A stretch of 64,000 bases of DNA, from the NCBI GenBank assembly GCA_964228785.1, contig CAXRAW010000052.1, forward strand, positions 11,141 through 75,140. The letters run 5' to 3'. Positions 1-9,577 of the stretch are shown piece after piece. The position numbers and the translations under genes were made by a program. The first letter of the stretch is position 1. Each line of letters starts with the position of its first letter. This stretch comes from Flavobacteriaceae bacterium. GTDB lineage: Bacteria; Bacteroidota; Bacteroidia; Flavobacteriales; Flavobacteriaceae. Under the pieces are notes generated by a model. The model saw only the letters and a list, made by a program, of their open reading frames with translations. It made no database searches and was not told where the DNA came from.

Positions 1-373
1 TAACCTCATCAGCATCCGTATTTTTATAAAAATAATCCTCGGTAGATTGTTTTGGGGCTGCTAGGATGATATTGCAGTCTGAGTTGGTCAGGATCACTTT
101 TCTGCTGTCTAAATAATCGGCCACTTGTGGAACTTGAAATCCTCTAAACCGATAAGATTGCATGTTATTACTCTTGGCAACTTTAGGAGCAACAGAATAC
201 TGTTTTCTGATTTCTCTGACCATCGTGGGTCTTTGCTCATGATACAAATTAGATGACATCCCATCAAACCCAATGGTGCCAAAAAGCTGCTCATAGTAAA
301 GACTTCCGTCTTCTTTTCTAAATTGTGTGTGTCGTTTGGGTGGTATTTTCCCCAGTTGATGATAAAAAGGCAT
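1..373 (-). CDS. hmgA: Homogentisate 1,2-dioxygenase, N-terminal part (runs off window edge; not in ORF track)
   Basis: Manual translation from ATG at 373: MPFYHQLGKIPPKRHTQFRKEDGSLYYEQLFGTIGFDGMSSNLYH...DYFYKNTDADEV, open to position 1; matches the Bacteroidota HmgA N-terminus. Confidence 0.85.
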   Translation of the reverse strand, partial: MPFYHQLGKIPPKRHTQFRKEDGSLYYEQLFGTIGFDGMSSNLYHEQRPTMVREIRKQYSVAPKVAKSNNMQSYRFRGFQVPQVADYLDSRKVILTNSDCNIILAAPKQSTEDYFYKNTDADEV

Positions 374-562
374 GTATTGGTGTAATAATGTATTGCTGAT
401 TTTAAATTGAAAGTGATTTGCTGCTGCTTTATTGTTTTGCTGATGCAGCTACTCTGGATTTCTTTTAACTAGATTTTTCAGAAGAACTAATAACTCTTTG
501 TACATTATTTGTTGCGCTTTATGCGTGGCGCTCTACAAATATAATCAAAAGTGTTTATGGAG

Positions 563-892
563 CTAACTCTCTGGTGCAATTTCTATTTCTAAACCGTTTA
601 ATGCTGGTGTGATGGGAATTTGACATCCCAACCTGCTATTGTCCTCTACATAAAAAGCTTCGGCTAACATTAGGTCCTCATCAGGACTCATTTCTGGCAG
701 CTCGTGGTCTGAATTGACATAACATTGGCATGAGGCACACATTGCCATTCCTCCACAAACGCCAATAGTTCCCTCGGGTGCCAATTCATAGGAACGAATG
801 ATCTCCATTAAGTTCATCGCCATATCTGTGGGAGCTTGTATCTCATGTAAAACACCTTCTCTGTCTGTTATTTTAATAGTAACATCTGACAT
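563..892 (-). CDS. 2Fe-2S ferredoxin (adrenodoxin/putidaredoxin type)
   Basis: CGGMAMCASC and SRLGCQI motifs. Confidence 0.93.
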   Translation of the reverse strand: MSDVTIKITDREGVLHEIQAPTDMAMNLMEIIRSYELAPEGTIGVCGGMAMCASCQCYVNSDHELPEMSPDEDLMLAEAFYVEDNSRLGCQIPITPALNGLEIEIAPES

Positions 893-901
893 TTAAATAA
901 A

Positions 902-1243
902 CTATTGGATGCTCAAAAGTTGGTGTAATGGTATGAACAAAATGGATAGCACCAACAAGAAGGCAATCATCCTTAAAACTATTGATACTGAGCTTGACTC
1001 TGGGATCTCATTTGCTTCAGAGCAACTCTCTTGCAACAGCATATCTTTATAGGCATACAGAGGCTTTGACACATCTGATATGTCTGTGTTTGATTCTCTT
1101 TTAGAGATCTTATTGTAGTAGATGATCAATAACACCGTAATAGCTATACCCCCAAGAGCAAACATCAGTAAGTCGTTCCCTGACAATTCCAAGCTGTAAT
1201 GTTGGGATGAAAAAGTATTTAGAGGCATTATTTTAATATCCAT
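902..1243 (-). CDS. Hypothetical small membrane protein (two hydrophobic segments)
   Basis: 113-aa ORF tightly packed and co-oriented between FNR and ferredoxin; no recognised motif. Confidence 0.55.
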   Translation of the reverse strand: MDIKIMPLNTFSSQHYSLELSGNDLLMFALGGIAITVLLIIYYNKISKRESNTDISDVSKPLYAYKDMLLQESCSEANEIPESSSVSIVLRMIAFLLVLSILFIPLHQLLSIQ

Positions 1244-1247
1244 GAGA

Positions 1248-2303
1248 CTACTCGATCTTTCTTACTACTGCCTTGGGTGCTTCTTTCTTAGTTCCGTCAA
1301 ATCCCTCAACTCCTCCTACTGTAGTGTATTTCATCACATACCTTTTGTTTGGAAAAATTCGTTGGTAAGCACTTTGACACATCAGAGTTGCCTCGTGGAA
1401 GCCGCATAAAATTAGTTTCAATTTACCGGGATAAGTGTTCACATCTCCGATGGCATAAATTCCTGGAATGTTCGTTTGATAGTCCAACGCATTATTCACT
1501 TTAATAGCATTTTTTTCTATTTCTAGTCCCCAATTGGCAATGGGGCCTAGCTTTGGAGAAAGCCCAAACAAAGGAATAAAATGATCTGTTTGCAGGGTTA
1601 TTTTTTCAGTTTTATCCTGGATTATAGTCACTGCATCAACATGATTTTCTCCATGAATTTCTTTGACTTCAGCGGGAGTTATGAGTGTTATTCTTCCACT
1701 ATTTTTTAGTTCTTGAACTCTGTCCACAGAGTCCAAAGCTCCACGGAACTCATTTCTTCGATGTACTAGTGTCACCTTTGAGGCTACATCGGTAAGGAAA
1801 ATTGCCCAGTCTAGAGCAGAGTCGCCTCCTCCTGCGATTACCACCTTTCTATCTCTGTAAACTTCAGGATCGCGGATGATGTATTCCACACCTTTGTCTT
1901 CAAAGTCTGTAATGTTTGGAATGGGTGGTTTTCGAGGCTCAAAACTTCCTAGGCCTCCTGCAATAGCTACTACAGGAGCTTGGTGTTTGGTTCCTTTGTT
2001 TGTGGTAACGATAAAGGATTTATCACTGGTCTTTTCTATGGTTTCAGCTCTCTCTCCAAGGGTAAATCTAGGTTCAAAGGGTTTTATTTGTTCCATTAAA
2101 CGGTCGGTTAGATTCCCCGCTAAAATTTCAGGATAGGCTGGAATGTCATATATTGGTTTTTTGGGATAAATCTCTGAACATTGTCCTCCTGGCTGTGGCA
2201 GTGCGTCAATTAAATGACATTTTAACTTTAACAATCCTGCTTCAAATACAGTGAATAAGCCTGTTGGTCCAGCACCAATTATTAAGATGTCTGTTTTAAT
2301 CAT
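1248..2303 (-). CDS. Thioredoxin-reductase-like ferredoxin--NADP(+) reductase
   Basis: IIGAGPTG FAD motif, GGGDSALD NADPH motif, GIYAIGD; no CxxC; start moved to MIKTDILII. Confidence 0.88.
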   Translation of the reverse strand: MIKTDILIIGAGPTGLFTVFEAGLLKLKCHLIDALPQPGGQCSEIYPKKPIYDIPAYPEILAGNLTDRLMEQIKPFEPRFTLGERAETIEKTSDKSFIVTTNKGTKHQAPVVAIAGGLGSFEPRKPPIPNITDFEDKGVEYIIRDPEVYRDRKVVIAGGGDSALDWAIFLTDVASKVTLVHRRNEFRGALDSVDRVQELKNSGRITLITPAEVKEIHGENHVDAVTIIQDKTEKITLQTDHFIPLFGLSPKLGPIANWGLEIEKNAIKVNNALDYQTNIPGIYAIGDVNTYPGKLKLILCGFHEATLMCQSAYQRIFPNKRYVMKYTTVGGVEGFDGTKKEAPKAVVRKIE

Positions 2304-2361
2304 TCCTTGAGATACGAGTAAACATGTGCACTGCAATTCTTGTAAAACTAATCTTTATCAG

Positions 2362-2598
2362 TTATTCTACATTGATGACCTGCTTTATGCTTGGTGCATA
2401 TTTTTTAATGGTTGCTTCTACACCATTTTTTAACGTCATTTGGTTTACAGAGCAACTGGTACATGCTCCTTCTAACTGAACTTTAACGATGGTGTCTTCA
2501 ATAGACAGGAGCTTGATGTTGCCACCATCACTAGCCAGAAAAGGACGAATCTCTGTCAACGCTTTTTCTACATTTTCTAGTATTTCTTGTGCTGTCAT
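2362..2598 (-). CDS. NifU/NfuA C-terminal domain protein
   Basis: IRPFLASDGG and GACTSC motifs. Confidence 0.9.
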   Translation of the reverse strand: MTAQEILENVEKALTEIRPFLASDGGNIKLLSIEDTIVKVQLEGACTSCSVNQMTLKNGVEATIKKYAPSIKQVINVE

Positions 2599-2602
2599 AA
2601 TG

Positions 2603-3742
2603 TTACTTTTTTACGGCGCTACATCCGCTCATCGTTGTGATACGAACAACTTCTGTAGGCGGCAAGTTAGCATTTCTTTTTAATAGTTCGGAAACAATCT
2701 CTTTGGTAATCTCGTTAAATGCTTTTTCCAGGGGTGTGTCTTTTTGTAATGCAACAGGGTGACCTACGTCTCCAGATTCCCGTATGCTTTGTACTAAAGG
2801 CACTTCTCCTAAAAACTTAGTGGTTAGATCTTCGGCAAGGTGCTTGGCTCCATCTTTACCAAAGATATAGTATTGATTGTTGGGTAATTCTTCTGGTGTA
2901 AAGTAGGCCATATTTTCTACAATGCCCAAAACAGGAACTTTGATGCTCTTTTGCTGGAACATGGCTACTCCCTTTTTAGCATCGGCTAGGGCAATATTCT
3001 GTGGTGTACTAACGATTACTGCCCCGTTAATGGGGACTGCTTGAACAATTGACAGGTGAACGTCTCCAGTTCCTGGAGGTAAGTCGATGAGTAAAAAGTC
3101 TAATGTTCCCCAGTCTGCATCAAAAATTAATTGGTTTAATGCTTTGGATGCCATTGGTCCACGCCAGATGACAGCTTGGTTGGGATTGGTAAAAAATCCT
3201 AGGGATAGTAACTTGACACCGTAGTTCTCTACTGGCTTCATTTTAGAGCGACCGTTGATCATCACAGATCGTGGTCTTTCGTTTTCTACATCAAACATAA
3301 GATGCATAGAGGGTCCGTAAATGTCTGCATCTAAGATTCCTACCTTGAATCCCATTTTAGCTAGAGTTACCGCTGTATTTGCAGTGATGGTCGATTTCCC
3401 GACACCTCCTTTTCCCGAGGCGATGGCAATTATATTTTGAATATTGGGAATGGCTTTACCACGAATGACATTGGGGGTCTCTTCTTTGGGCTTGGGAACG
3501 GATTTTACATTGACTTTTATGTTGATCTTTTGATCGACATGGGTATGAATGGCTTTGATCACTTCAGCTTCTACTTTCTTTTTTGCTTGCAGTGTAGGGT
3601 TGGTAATCGTGATATCTACAACCACCTCGTCACCAAAAATAACGACATTGATTCGATTATTATTTTCTACTAAACTCTTTCCTTCACCGGGTGCGGTAAC
3701 GGTTTCTAGGGCTTTGTTGATATCTTGCTTTTTGATAGGCAT
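2603..3742 (-). CDS. apbC: Mrp/ApbC/NBP35 Fe-S cluster carrier ATPase
   Basis: SGKGGVGKST, DADIYGPS, WRGPM, DLPPGTGD, GIVENM. Confidence 0.92.
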   Translation of the reverse strand: MPIKKQDINKALETVTAPGEGKSLVENNNRINVVIFGDEVVVDITITNPTLQAKKKVEAEVIKAIHTHVDQKINIKVNVKSVPKPKEETPNVIRGKAIPNIQNIIAIASGKGGVGKSTITANTAVTLAKMGFKVGILDADIYGPSMHLMFDVENERPRSVMINGRSKMKPVENYGVKLLSLGFFTNPNQAVIWRGPMASKALNQLIFDADWGTLDFLLIDLPPGTGDVHLSIVQAVPINGAVIVSTPQNIALADAKKGVAMFQQKSIKVPVLGIVENMAYFTPEELPNNQYYIFGKDGAKHLAEDLTTKFLGEVPLVQSIRESGDVGHPVALQKDTPLEKAFNEITKEIVSELLKRNANLPPTEVVRITTMSGCSAVKK

Positions 3743-3854
3743 GAGTCTTCTTTACAGACTTCAAAGATACTGTGAAAGCTTTAGATAGGAAAGTATACAG
3801 ATTTCAAATGTTTATGATCTTATCGTTAAATCCTATGGGCAAGAGTTTCTTGTG

Positions 3855-4187
3855 TTAACGCAACTCTTTTGTGGGATCCCAGAAAATACTGTCGAAGTCT
3901 TGAATCTGATTTTCGACAACGGTAATGCCTTCGTTCTCTAGCAATTGCTGCATTAAATTAATTCCTTGAAAGTGATGTTTGCCTGTGAGAAGCCCTTTTC
4001 TATTGACAACGCGATGGGCGGGTACGTCGTTATATCGATCTGAATTATTCATGGCCCAGCCAACCATTCTAGCGGAGCGGGCAGCACCTAGGTATTTGGC
4101 TATGGCACCGTAGCTTGTGACTCTACCAAAAGGAATTTGGCGGGCGACTTGATAGACTCTCTCAAAAAAATTGTCGTTTTGATTCAT
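3855..4187 (-). CDS. Alkyltransferase-like (MGMT family, non-catalytic) protein
   Basis: IPFGRVTSYGAIA, ARMVG and PAHRV in place of catalytic PCHRV; probable start MNQNDNFF. Confidence 0.88.
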   Translation of the reverse strand: MNQNDNFFERVYQVARQIPFGRVTSYGAIAKYLGAARSARMVGWAMNNSDRYNDVPAHRVVNRKGLLTGKHHFQGINLMQQLLENEGITVVENQIQDFDSIFWDPTKELR

Positions 4188-4354
4188 TATGTGAATGTAC
4201 AAAATAATATCATTTCTAATGTTAGATGCTTCTGAGATGGTGGTCTAAACGATTAACGGAGTGTTTTTTAAAATCAGTTCTTACAGCTGATCTTGATTTG
4301 ACAGAACTAATGGATCTTATGTTATCTTTTTATTGAAATGTTGTTCTTCGTGCT

Positions 4355-4440
4355 GCGTAAGGGATAGCAGCGGCATCCTTTTTTGCTCTTTTTTAAGGCA
4401 AAAAAGATATAGCGGATAGCCCGACCCGTAGGGAACGCCC
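4355..4440. repeat. Flavo-1-like structured intergenic repeat, copy 1
   Basis: GCGTAAGGGATAGCAGCGGCATCCTTTTTTGC...GCAAAAAAGATATAGCGGATAGCCCGACCCGTAGGGAACGCCC; near-identical to 48876-48960 (reverse complement) and to the ends of 60969-61260. The repeat is directly seen; the Flavo-1 name is from recollection. Confidence 0.8.
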
Positions 4441-4461
4441 AACATCATATGATGAACAAAG

Positions 4462-4490
4462 AAGGTTTCTGAAGAAATTTCAGAAACCTT
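4462..4490 (-). terminator. Intrinsic terminator after tRNA-Ala
   Basis: Inverted repeat AAGGTTTCTGAA...TTCAGAAACCTT. Confidence 0.7.
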
Positions 4491-4498
4491 TTGGTGAG

Positions 4499-4572
4499 TG
4501 GAGCATATCGGAGTCGAACCGATGACCTCTACGCTGCCAGCGTAGCGCTCTAGCCAGCTGAGCTAATGCCCC
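4499..4572 (-). tRNA. tRNA-Ala(GGC)
   Basis: Reverse complement GGGGCATTAGCTCAGCTGGCTAGAGCGCTACGCTGGCAGCGTAGAGGTCATCGGTTCGACTCCGATATGCTCCA; anticodon arm CTACG-CT GGC AG-CGTAG. Confidence 0.96.
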
Positions 4573-4582
4573 TTATTGTTTA

Positions 4583-5374
4583 TTACCTCCCGCATAAGAC
4601 TAGCAATGGGATGGTGGTGTAAAACTCAGATTTTAGCACTGTATTCTTTTCCCATAGTTTTTGAAAAAAGCCTCTTTTACGCCTGAATACACATAGTAAG
4701 TCGGGATTATTTGATCTGAAATGTTCTAAAACTCCTTGGAATATGGTGCTGTTTTCTGAGATTGTTAGCGTGTTCTGTATGGTCTTTAAAGCATTGTCTA
4801 GTATTAAATCTTCTTCTTTGTATTCGGGTGTTTTGACCAATAGTAGGTTGACTGTGGTTTTAAACTTTGTGATGAAATCATACAGAGGAAGTAGCATGTT
4901 CTTTTTTTTGAGAACTCCTGATTGAAAGGCTATGAGAGCTCTGTTGAATGGCTTAAACTGATAGCCTTCTGGAACGATGAGAGTGGGAATGGTCATTTGC
5001 TTGACAATACTTCCTGAGGTGCTTCCCAAAAATACTTCTTCTCTGATAGCATTACTTTTCGGTCCTGCTATGATTAAATCTATTCCCAATTGGTGATCAA
5101 TGGCATTGATGCTTTCTACAACTCCTCCTTTGGCTGCAACAATTTTAATTTCTACATCTTTTGTGTCTATGGTATTTACAATGGATCTAAGGTATAGATT
5201 TGTTTCTTTTGCAACAATCTCATCGATGCTAATCATTGTTCCTGCTTTTGACAGGACTTTGTAGGCTCTGAACACATATACTTTTGCCGCAAATTCTGAA
5301 GCGACATCTATAGCATATTGTAGCGTGTTTGAGGCATTCTCTGAGGAACCAATAGGAACTAAAATATGTTTCAT
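4583..5374 (-). CDS. Universal stress protein (tandem USP)
   Basis: MKHILVPI start, IDLII, FLGSTSGSIVKQMTIPTLIVP. Confidence 0.88.
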   Translation of the reverse strand: MKHILVPIGSSENASNTLQYAIDVASEFAAKVYVFRAYKVLSKAGTMISIDEIVAKETNLYLRSIVNTIDTKDVEIKIVAAKGGVVESINAIDHQLGIDLIIAGPKSNAIREEVFLGSTSGSIVKQMTIPTLIVPEGYQFKPFNRALIAFQSGVLKKKNMLLPLYDFITKFKTTVNLLLVKTPEYKEEDLILDNALKTIQNTLTISENSTIFQGVLEHFRSNNPDLLCVFRRKRGFFQKLWEKNTVLKSEFYTTIPLLVLCGR

Positions 5375-5444
5375 AAAGAAGCTATTGTTGTGGACAAAGG
5401 TACGTTTTTAGCCTTGAAATCTCCACAAAATTATTGCTTATCCT

Positions 5445-5452
5445 TAAATTTG
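5445..5452 (+). promoter_or_regulatory. Bacteroidota sigma70 -7 element (TAnnTTTG)
   Basis: TAAATTTG ~18 nt before the MATE start; the same motif precedes queD (7619), HupE (11452), moxR (20332), batD (27383), the SulP leader (30009), hemD (45231) and the GT5 gene (50013). Confidence 0.7.
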
Positions 5453-5469
5453 CTGTTCATTAGGAATCC

Positions 5470-6804
5470 GTGACAACCGATATTCGTTTTAAGCAAATTA
5501 ACAAGCTAGCGATCCCTGCTTTGATTGCGGGTGTTGCTGAGCCTTTGATCTCGATTACTGATACTGCTATTATAGGAAATATCGATGTTAATGCCACAGA
5601 GTGTTTGGGTGCTGTTGCAATTGTTGGGTCGTTTTTATCGATGCTTATTTGGGTTTTTGCTCAAACGCGAAGTGCTGTGTCCTCTGTCATCTCACAATAT
5701 TTGGGGGCTCAGAAATTAGAAAGGGTAAAGACGCTCCCTGCTCAGGCGGTGTTTATTGTTGTTGTTTTAAATGTTTTGATCATCTTCTTCACTTATCCTT
5801 TTACTAGGTTTATTTTTGGGTTTTATGGGGCTGAGGACCTTATTTTAGACTATGCTGTAGACTATTATCAAATACGTGTTTTTGGGCTTCCTTTTACCCT
5901 TTTTGTATTCACTATTTTTGGGACGTTCAGAGGGCTTCAGAACACTTATTATCCGATGATCATTGCATTGTTGGGTGCTGTTCTTAATGTGATTTTTGAC
6001 TGGGTTTTGGTGTATGGGGTTGATGGGTGGATTCCGAGTATGAATATTCAAGGGGCTGCGTATGCTAGTGTGATTTCTCAGGTGGTTATGGCGGTTGTCT
6101 CTGCCGTTCTTTTGTTGAGAAAAACATCCATTAAGTTACGATTGACATTCCCTTTCAATGAAGAAGTCCCTAGGCTTCTGAAAATGGTGTTGGATCTTTT
6201 TTTAAGGACTATCGCATTGAATATCGCACTAATTTTTGCTGTAAAGCAAGCTACCGATTTGGGCAAAGAAATGTTAGCGGCATACGAGATAGGAATTCAG
6301 ATTTGGTTATTTGGTGCTTTCTTTATAGACGGATACTCTAGTGCTGGAAATATTTTGTCTGGAAAATTGCTAGGGGCTAAAGCTTATGGCTCTTTACTGA
6401 AATTGGGAAAACATATGATCTTTTATGGATTCTTTACGGGTCTTGCTTTGGCGGGAATAGGTTTTATTTTTTACGGTGCTATTGGGTCTGTTTTTATTAA
6501 GAATCAGGATGTATTGGAGCATTTTTATGAGGTTTTTTGGATTGTCCTTATCATGCAACCTCTTTGTGGGGTGATGTATGTGTATGATGGGATGTTCAAA
6601 GGCATGGGTAAGACAGCCTTTTTAAGAAATTTACTACTTGTGGCTACATGCCTGGTTTTTATTCCCTCAGCGATGCTTTTCAAGGTGTTTGACTTTAAAT
6701 TATACGGAATATGGTACACCTTTATCTTATGGATTATTGTTAGGGGACTCCCTCTGATGATCAATTTCCGAAGCACCTTTTTGCCATTGGCTGAAAAGGT
6801 TTAA
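5470..6804 (+). CDS. MATE family efflux transporter (DinF-like)
   Basis: KLAIPA...EPLISITDTAIIG, FRGLQNT, GAAYASVISQ; ~12 hydrophobic segments. Confidence 0.9.
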   Translation: MTTDIRFKQINKLAIPALIAGVAEPLISITDTAIIGNIDVNATECLGAVAIVGSFLSMLIWVFAQTRSAVSSVISQYLGAQKLERVKTLPAQAVFIVVVLNVLIIFFTYPFTRFIFGFYGAEDLILDYAVDYYQIRVFGLPFTLFVFTIFGTFRGLQNTYYPMIIALLGAVLNVIFDWVLVYGVDGWIPSMNIQGAAYASVISQVVMAVVSAVLLLRKTSIKLRLTFPFNEEVPRLLKMVLDLFLRTIALNIALIFAVKQATDLGKEMLAAYEIGIQIWLFGAFFIDGYSSAGNILSGKLLGAKAYGSLLKLGKHMIFYGFFTGLALAGIGFIFYGAIGSVFIKNQDVLEHFYEVFWIVLIMQPLCGVMYVYDGMFKGMGKTAFLRNLLLVATCLVFIPSAMLFKVFDFKLYGIWYTFILWIIVRGLPLMINFRSTFLPLAEKV

Positions 6805-6823
6805 TTTTAACGAAATTTATTTT

Positions 6824-7585
6824 ATGGCGTTAGAGGAAGGAAGCTTATTTACTCGTATACATCGCGGTGTTGCTACTGTTCAGTTTGGACATCCTGCTAG
6901 CAACTCTTTTCCTATGAAATTGCTGGAAAAATTGACAAAGGAACTCCATTTGCTATCGCAACACCCAGAGGTTTGCGTCATTATTCTTACATCTGAGGGT
7001 GATAGAGCATTTTGCGCTGGTGCCTCTTTTAATGAATTGATTGCCATTTCAAATGAAGAGGAAGGCACGCTATTTTTCTCGGGTTTTGCGCATGTAATTA
7101 ATGCTATGAGAACCTGTTCTAAGCTTATTATTGGTCGGGTACAAGGGAAGGCCGTAGGAGGTGGTGTTGGATTAGCAGCTGCTTGTGATTATGTTTTTGC
7201 CACTCGAAACGCATCTGTTAAATTATCTGAATTCACGATTGGTATTGGTCCGTTTGTCATTGCCCCTGCTGTAGAGAGAAAAATAGGTGTTTCTGGTCTT
7301 GCTGAACTAACCTTAGCGGCTACCAATTGGAAAGATGCTCATTGGGCAAAGGAAAAAGGCCTATATGCCGAAGTCTTTGAAAATATGACCGATATGGATA
7401 AGAGAATTGATGCGTTTGCAAATGAACTAGCCTCTTACAATTCTGAAGCATTGCGAAAAATGAAAAAAGTGCTATGGGAACATACAGATCATTGGAGGGA
7501 GCTACTTGCGGAGAGAGCAGCAATTTCGGGTCAATTGGTTTTATCTGATGTTACAAAACGAGCTTTAGAGCAGTTTAAAAAGTAG
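6824..7585 (+). CDS. Enoyl-CoA hydratase/isomerase (methylglutaconyl-CoA hydratase-like)
   Basis: AFCAGAS, GKAVGGGVGLAAACD, LSE..IGI. Confidence 0.9.
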   Translation: MALEEGSLFTRIHRGVATVQFGHPASNSFPMKLLEKLTKELHLLSQHPEVCVIILTSEGDRAFCAGASFNELIAISNEEEGTLFFSGFAHVINAMRTCSKLIIGRVQGKAVGGGVGLAAACDYVFATRNASVKLSEFTIGIGPFVIAPAVERKIGVSGLAELTLAATNWKDAHWAKEKGLYAEVFENMTDMDKRIDAFANELASYNSEALRKMKKVLWEHTDHWRELLAERAAISGQLVLSDVTKRALEQFKK

Positions 7586-7630
7586 TTTTTTTTCGATGGA
7601 AAAAAACTTTTCAATTCTTACATTTGCAGC

Positions 7631-8083
7631 ATGAAGTCAATCCGAATTACGAAGCAGTTTAGTTTTGAAACGGCGCATGCATTGCACGGTTATGATGGTA
7701 AGTGTAAGAACATACACGGACATAGTTACAAGTTATTTGTGACTGTTTTAGGAACGCCTATTCTTGATCCTTTAGACCCAAAGTACGGTATGGTCATGGA
7801 TTTTGGAGATTTAAAGAACATCGTCAAAGAGGAGATTGTTGATGTTTTTGATCATGCAACGATTTTCAATAAAAATACTCCTCATCTAGATTTGGGTGAG
7901 CAACTTATACAGCTTGGACATCACATACTTTTGTTGGACTATCAGCCCACGACTGAAATGATGGTCATTGATTTTGCCCAAAAAATTAGCAAAAGACTGC
8001 CAGAAAATATTCAGCTTCATTCCCTTAAACTCAGAGAAACTGAAAGTTCTTTTGCTGAGTGGTATGCCAGTGACAACGCATAA
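7631..8083 (+). CDS. queD: 6-carboxy-5,6,7,8-tetrahydropterin synthase
   Basis: FETAHAL, KCKNIHGHSY, GMVMDFGDLK, FDH, PTTE, LRET. Confidence 0.9.
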   Translation: MKSIRITKQFSFETAHALHGYDGKCKNIHGHSYKLFVTVLGTPILDPLDPKYGMVMDFGDLKNIVKEEIVDVFDHATIFNKNTPHLDLGEQLIQLGHHILLLDYQPTTEMMVIDFAQKISKRLPENIQLHSLKLRETESSFAEWYASDNA

Positions 8084-8216
8084 GTCAATGAGTATTATTC
8101 TACATTGTTGTGTAGAATTAACTACCAGATAAGCCTCAGGGGTTTTCACCCTTAACTATCGCTCTGAAATTAAATGCTGAAGGATTGCCATTTTGAACTT
8201 GTAAGATTGCTGTGTG

Positions 8217-8783
8217 TTATTTTCCGTTGAAGTTATTCATAGTATTGTCGATTCCATCGGTTCCAAAAGATAACGCAGCTTTTGCTGCCACAGGAATACG
8301 CTCAATTAACCGACTTTCTTCTTCTTTATTCCATGCTCCAAGAACAAAATCGACTTGACGACCTTTGGTATAATCACTTCCAACACCAAATCGGAATCTT
8401 GGGTATTTTTGGGTGCCTAGTTTGATTTCAATATCTCTCAAGCCGTTATGCCCACCTGCACTTCCTTTTGCCTTTATTCTTATGGTTCCAAACTCTAAGT
8501 TTACATCATCAGTAATGACCAACAAGTTTTCCGCAGCAATCTTTTCTTTAGTCATCCAATATTTTACTGCTTTTCCACTAAGATTCATATACGTATTGGG
8601 TTTTAGCAGCGTAAATGTCCTTCCTTTGAATCGAAAATGAGCAAAATCGCCCAACTTAGCTGTTTCAAATTTGACCTTGTGTTCGTTGGCGATTGCATTG
8701 ACAATTTGAAAACCAATATTGTGTCGTGTGTGAATATATTTCTCTCCGATATTTCCCAATCCAACAATTAGAATTTTCTTCAT
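8217..8783 (-). CDS. pth: Peptidyl-tRNA hydrolase
   Basis: VGLGNIG..Y..TRHNIG, KPNTYMNLSG, GGHNGL. Confidence 0.97.
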   Translation of the reverse strand: MKKILIVGLGNIGEKYIHTRHNIGFQIVNAIANEHKVKFETAKLGDFAHFRFKGRTFTLLKPNTYMNLSGKAVKYWMTKEKIAAENLLVITDDVNLEFGTIRIKAKGSAGGHNGLRDIEIKLGTQKYPRFRFGVGSDYTKGRQVDFVLGAWNKEEESRLIERIPVAAKAALSFGTDGIDNTMNNFNGK

Positions 8784-8857
8784 GTGTTTAAATTTATACT
8801 CGCCATTTGATATTTGACAGATTTAGACCAATTCACAAGGTAAAAATAGCAAAATAA

Positions 8858-8883
8858 AAAAGCGCTACGGAAGTAACGCTTTT
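8858..8883 (-). terminator. Intrinsic terminator after rplY
   Basis: AAAAGCGCTAC-GGAA-GTAACGCTTTT hairpin with A/T tracts. Confidence 0.6.
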
Positions 8884-8913
8884 GATATCTCTTGATGTAA
8901 AAAAATCTGTAGT

Positions 8914-9507
8914 CTAGGCACCAGCAGTCTCTGCTTCTTCCTCTTCTTCGCTAGCTACAACAGCGTTACGAGATGTTCTTACTTGAACCACTACAGTGTT
9001 GTCTGGATGCATCAATGTATAGTCGTCGTTGAATAACTCTGTAATATATAATTTGCTTCCAATTTTTAATTTTGAAATATCTGCCTCGATAAAATCTGGC
9101 AAGTTGGCTGGAACTGCTTTAACTCTTAGCTTTCGGTTAGTAAAACGCAGAGACCCTCCGTTTAAAACTCCTGGTGATGTTCCTTTCAACTTTACAGGGA
9201 TATTCATGGTAACCGCCTTATCATCATGCAATTGATAAAAATCGACATGCAAGATTTTGTCTGATACTGGATGGAACTGAATATCTTGTAAAATTGCAGC
9301 AAATGTTTGTCCGTCAAGTTCAATCGCTGCGGTATATACGTTTGGGGTATATACCAAGTTTTTGAACGCTTTTTCTTCTGCTGAAAAGTGTACAGGTTGG
9401 TCTCCTCCGTATATCACGCAAGGAACCTCTCCAGCATTACGTAAGGCTTTTGTTGAAACTTTGCCCACGCTTTCTCTTTTAGATCCTTTGATTGTAATTG
9501 ATTTCAT
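8914..9507 (-). CDS. rplY: 50S ribosomal protein L25/Ctc
   Basis: [24 protein letters not shown]. Confidence 0.96.
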   Translation of the reverse strand: MKSITIKGSKRESVGKVSTKALRNAGEVPCVIYGGDQPVHFSAEEKAFKNLVYTPNVYTAAIELDGQTFAAILQDIQFHPVSDKILHVDFYQLHDDKAVTMNIPVKLKGTSPGVLNGGSLRFTNRKLRVKAVPANLPDFIEADISKLKIGSKLYITELFNDDYTLMHPDNTVVVQVRTSRNAVVASEEEEEAETAGA

Positions 9508-9577
9508 TACTTTCTATTAATTAATGTTTATTTGTTCTCTCAGTTTTCAAACAGGCTAGCTATGCGTATAGCCGAAG

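Noticed and set aside
109-294. 61-aa ORF in the track
   Set aside because: Alternative frame inside hmgA, which is open from 373 to the window edge
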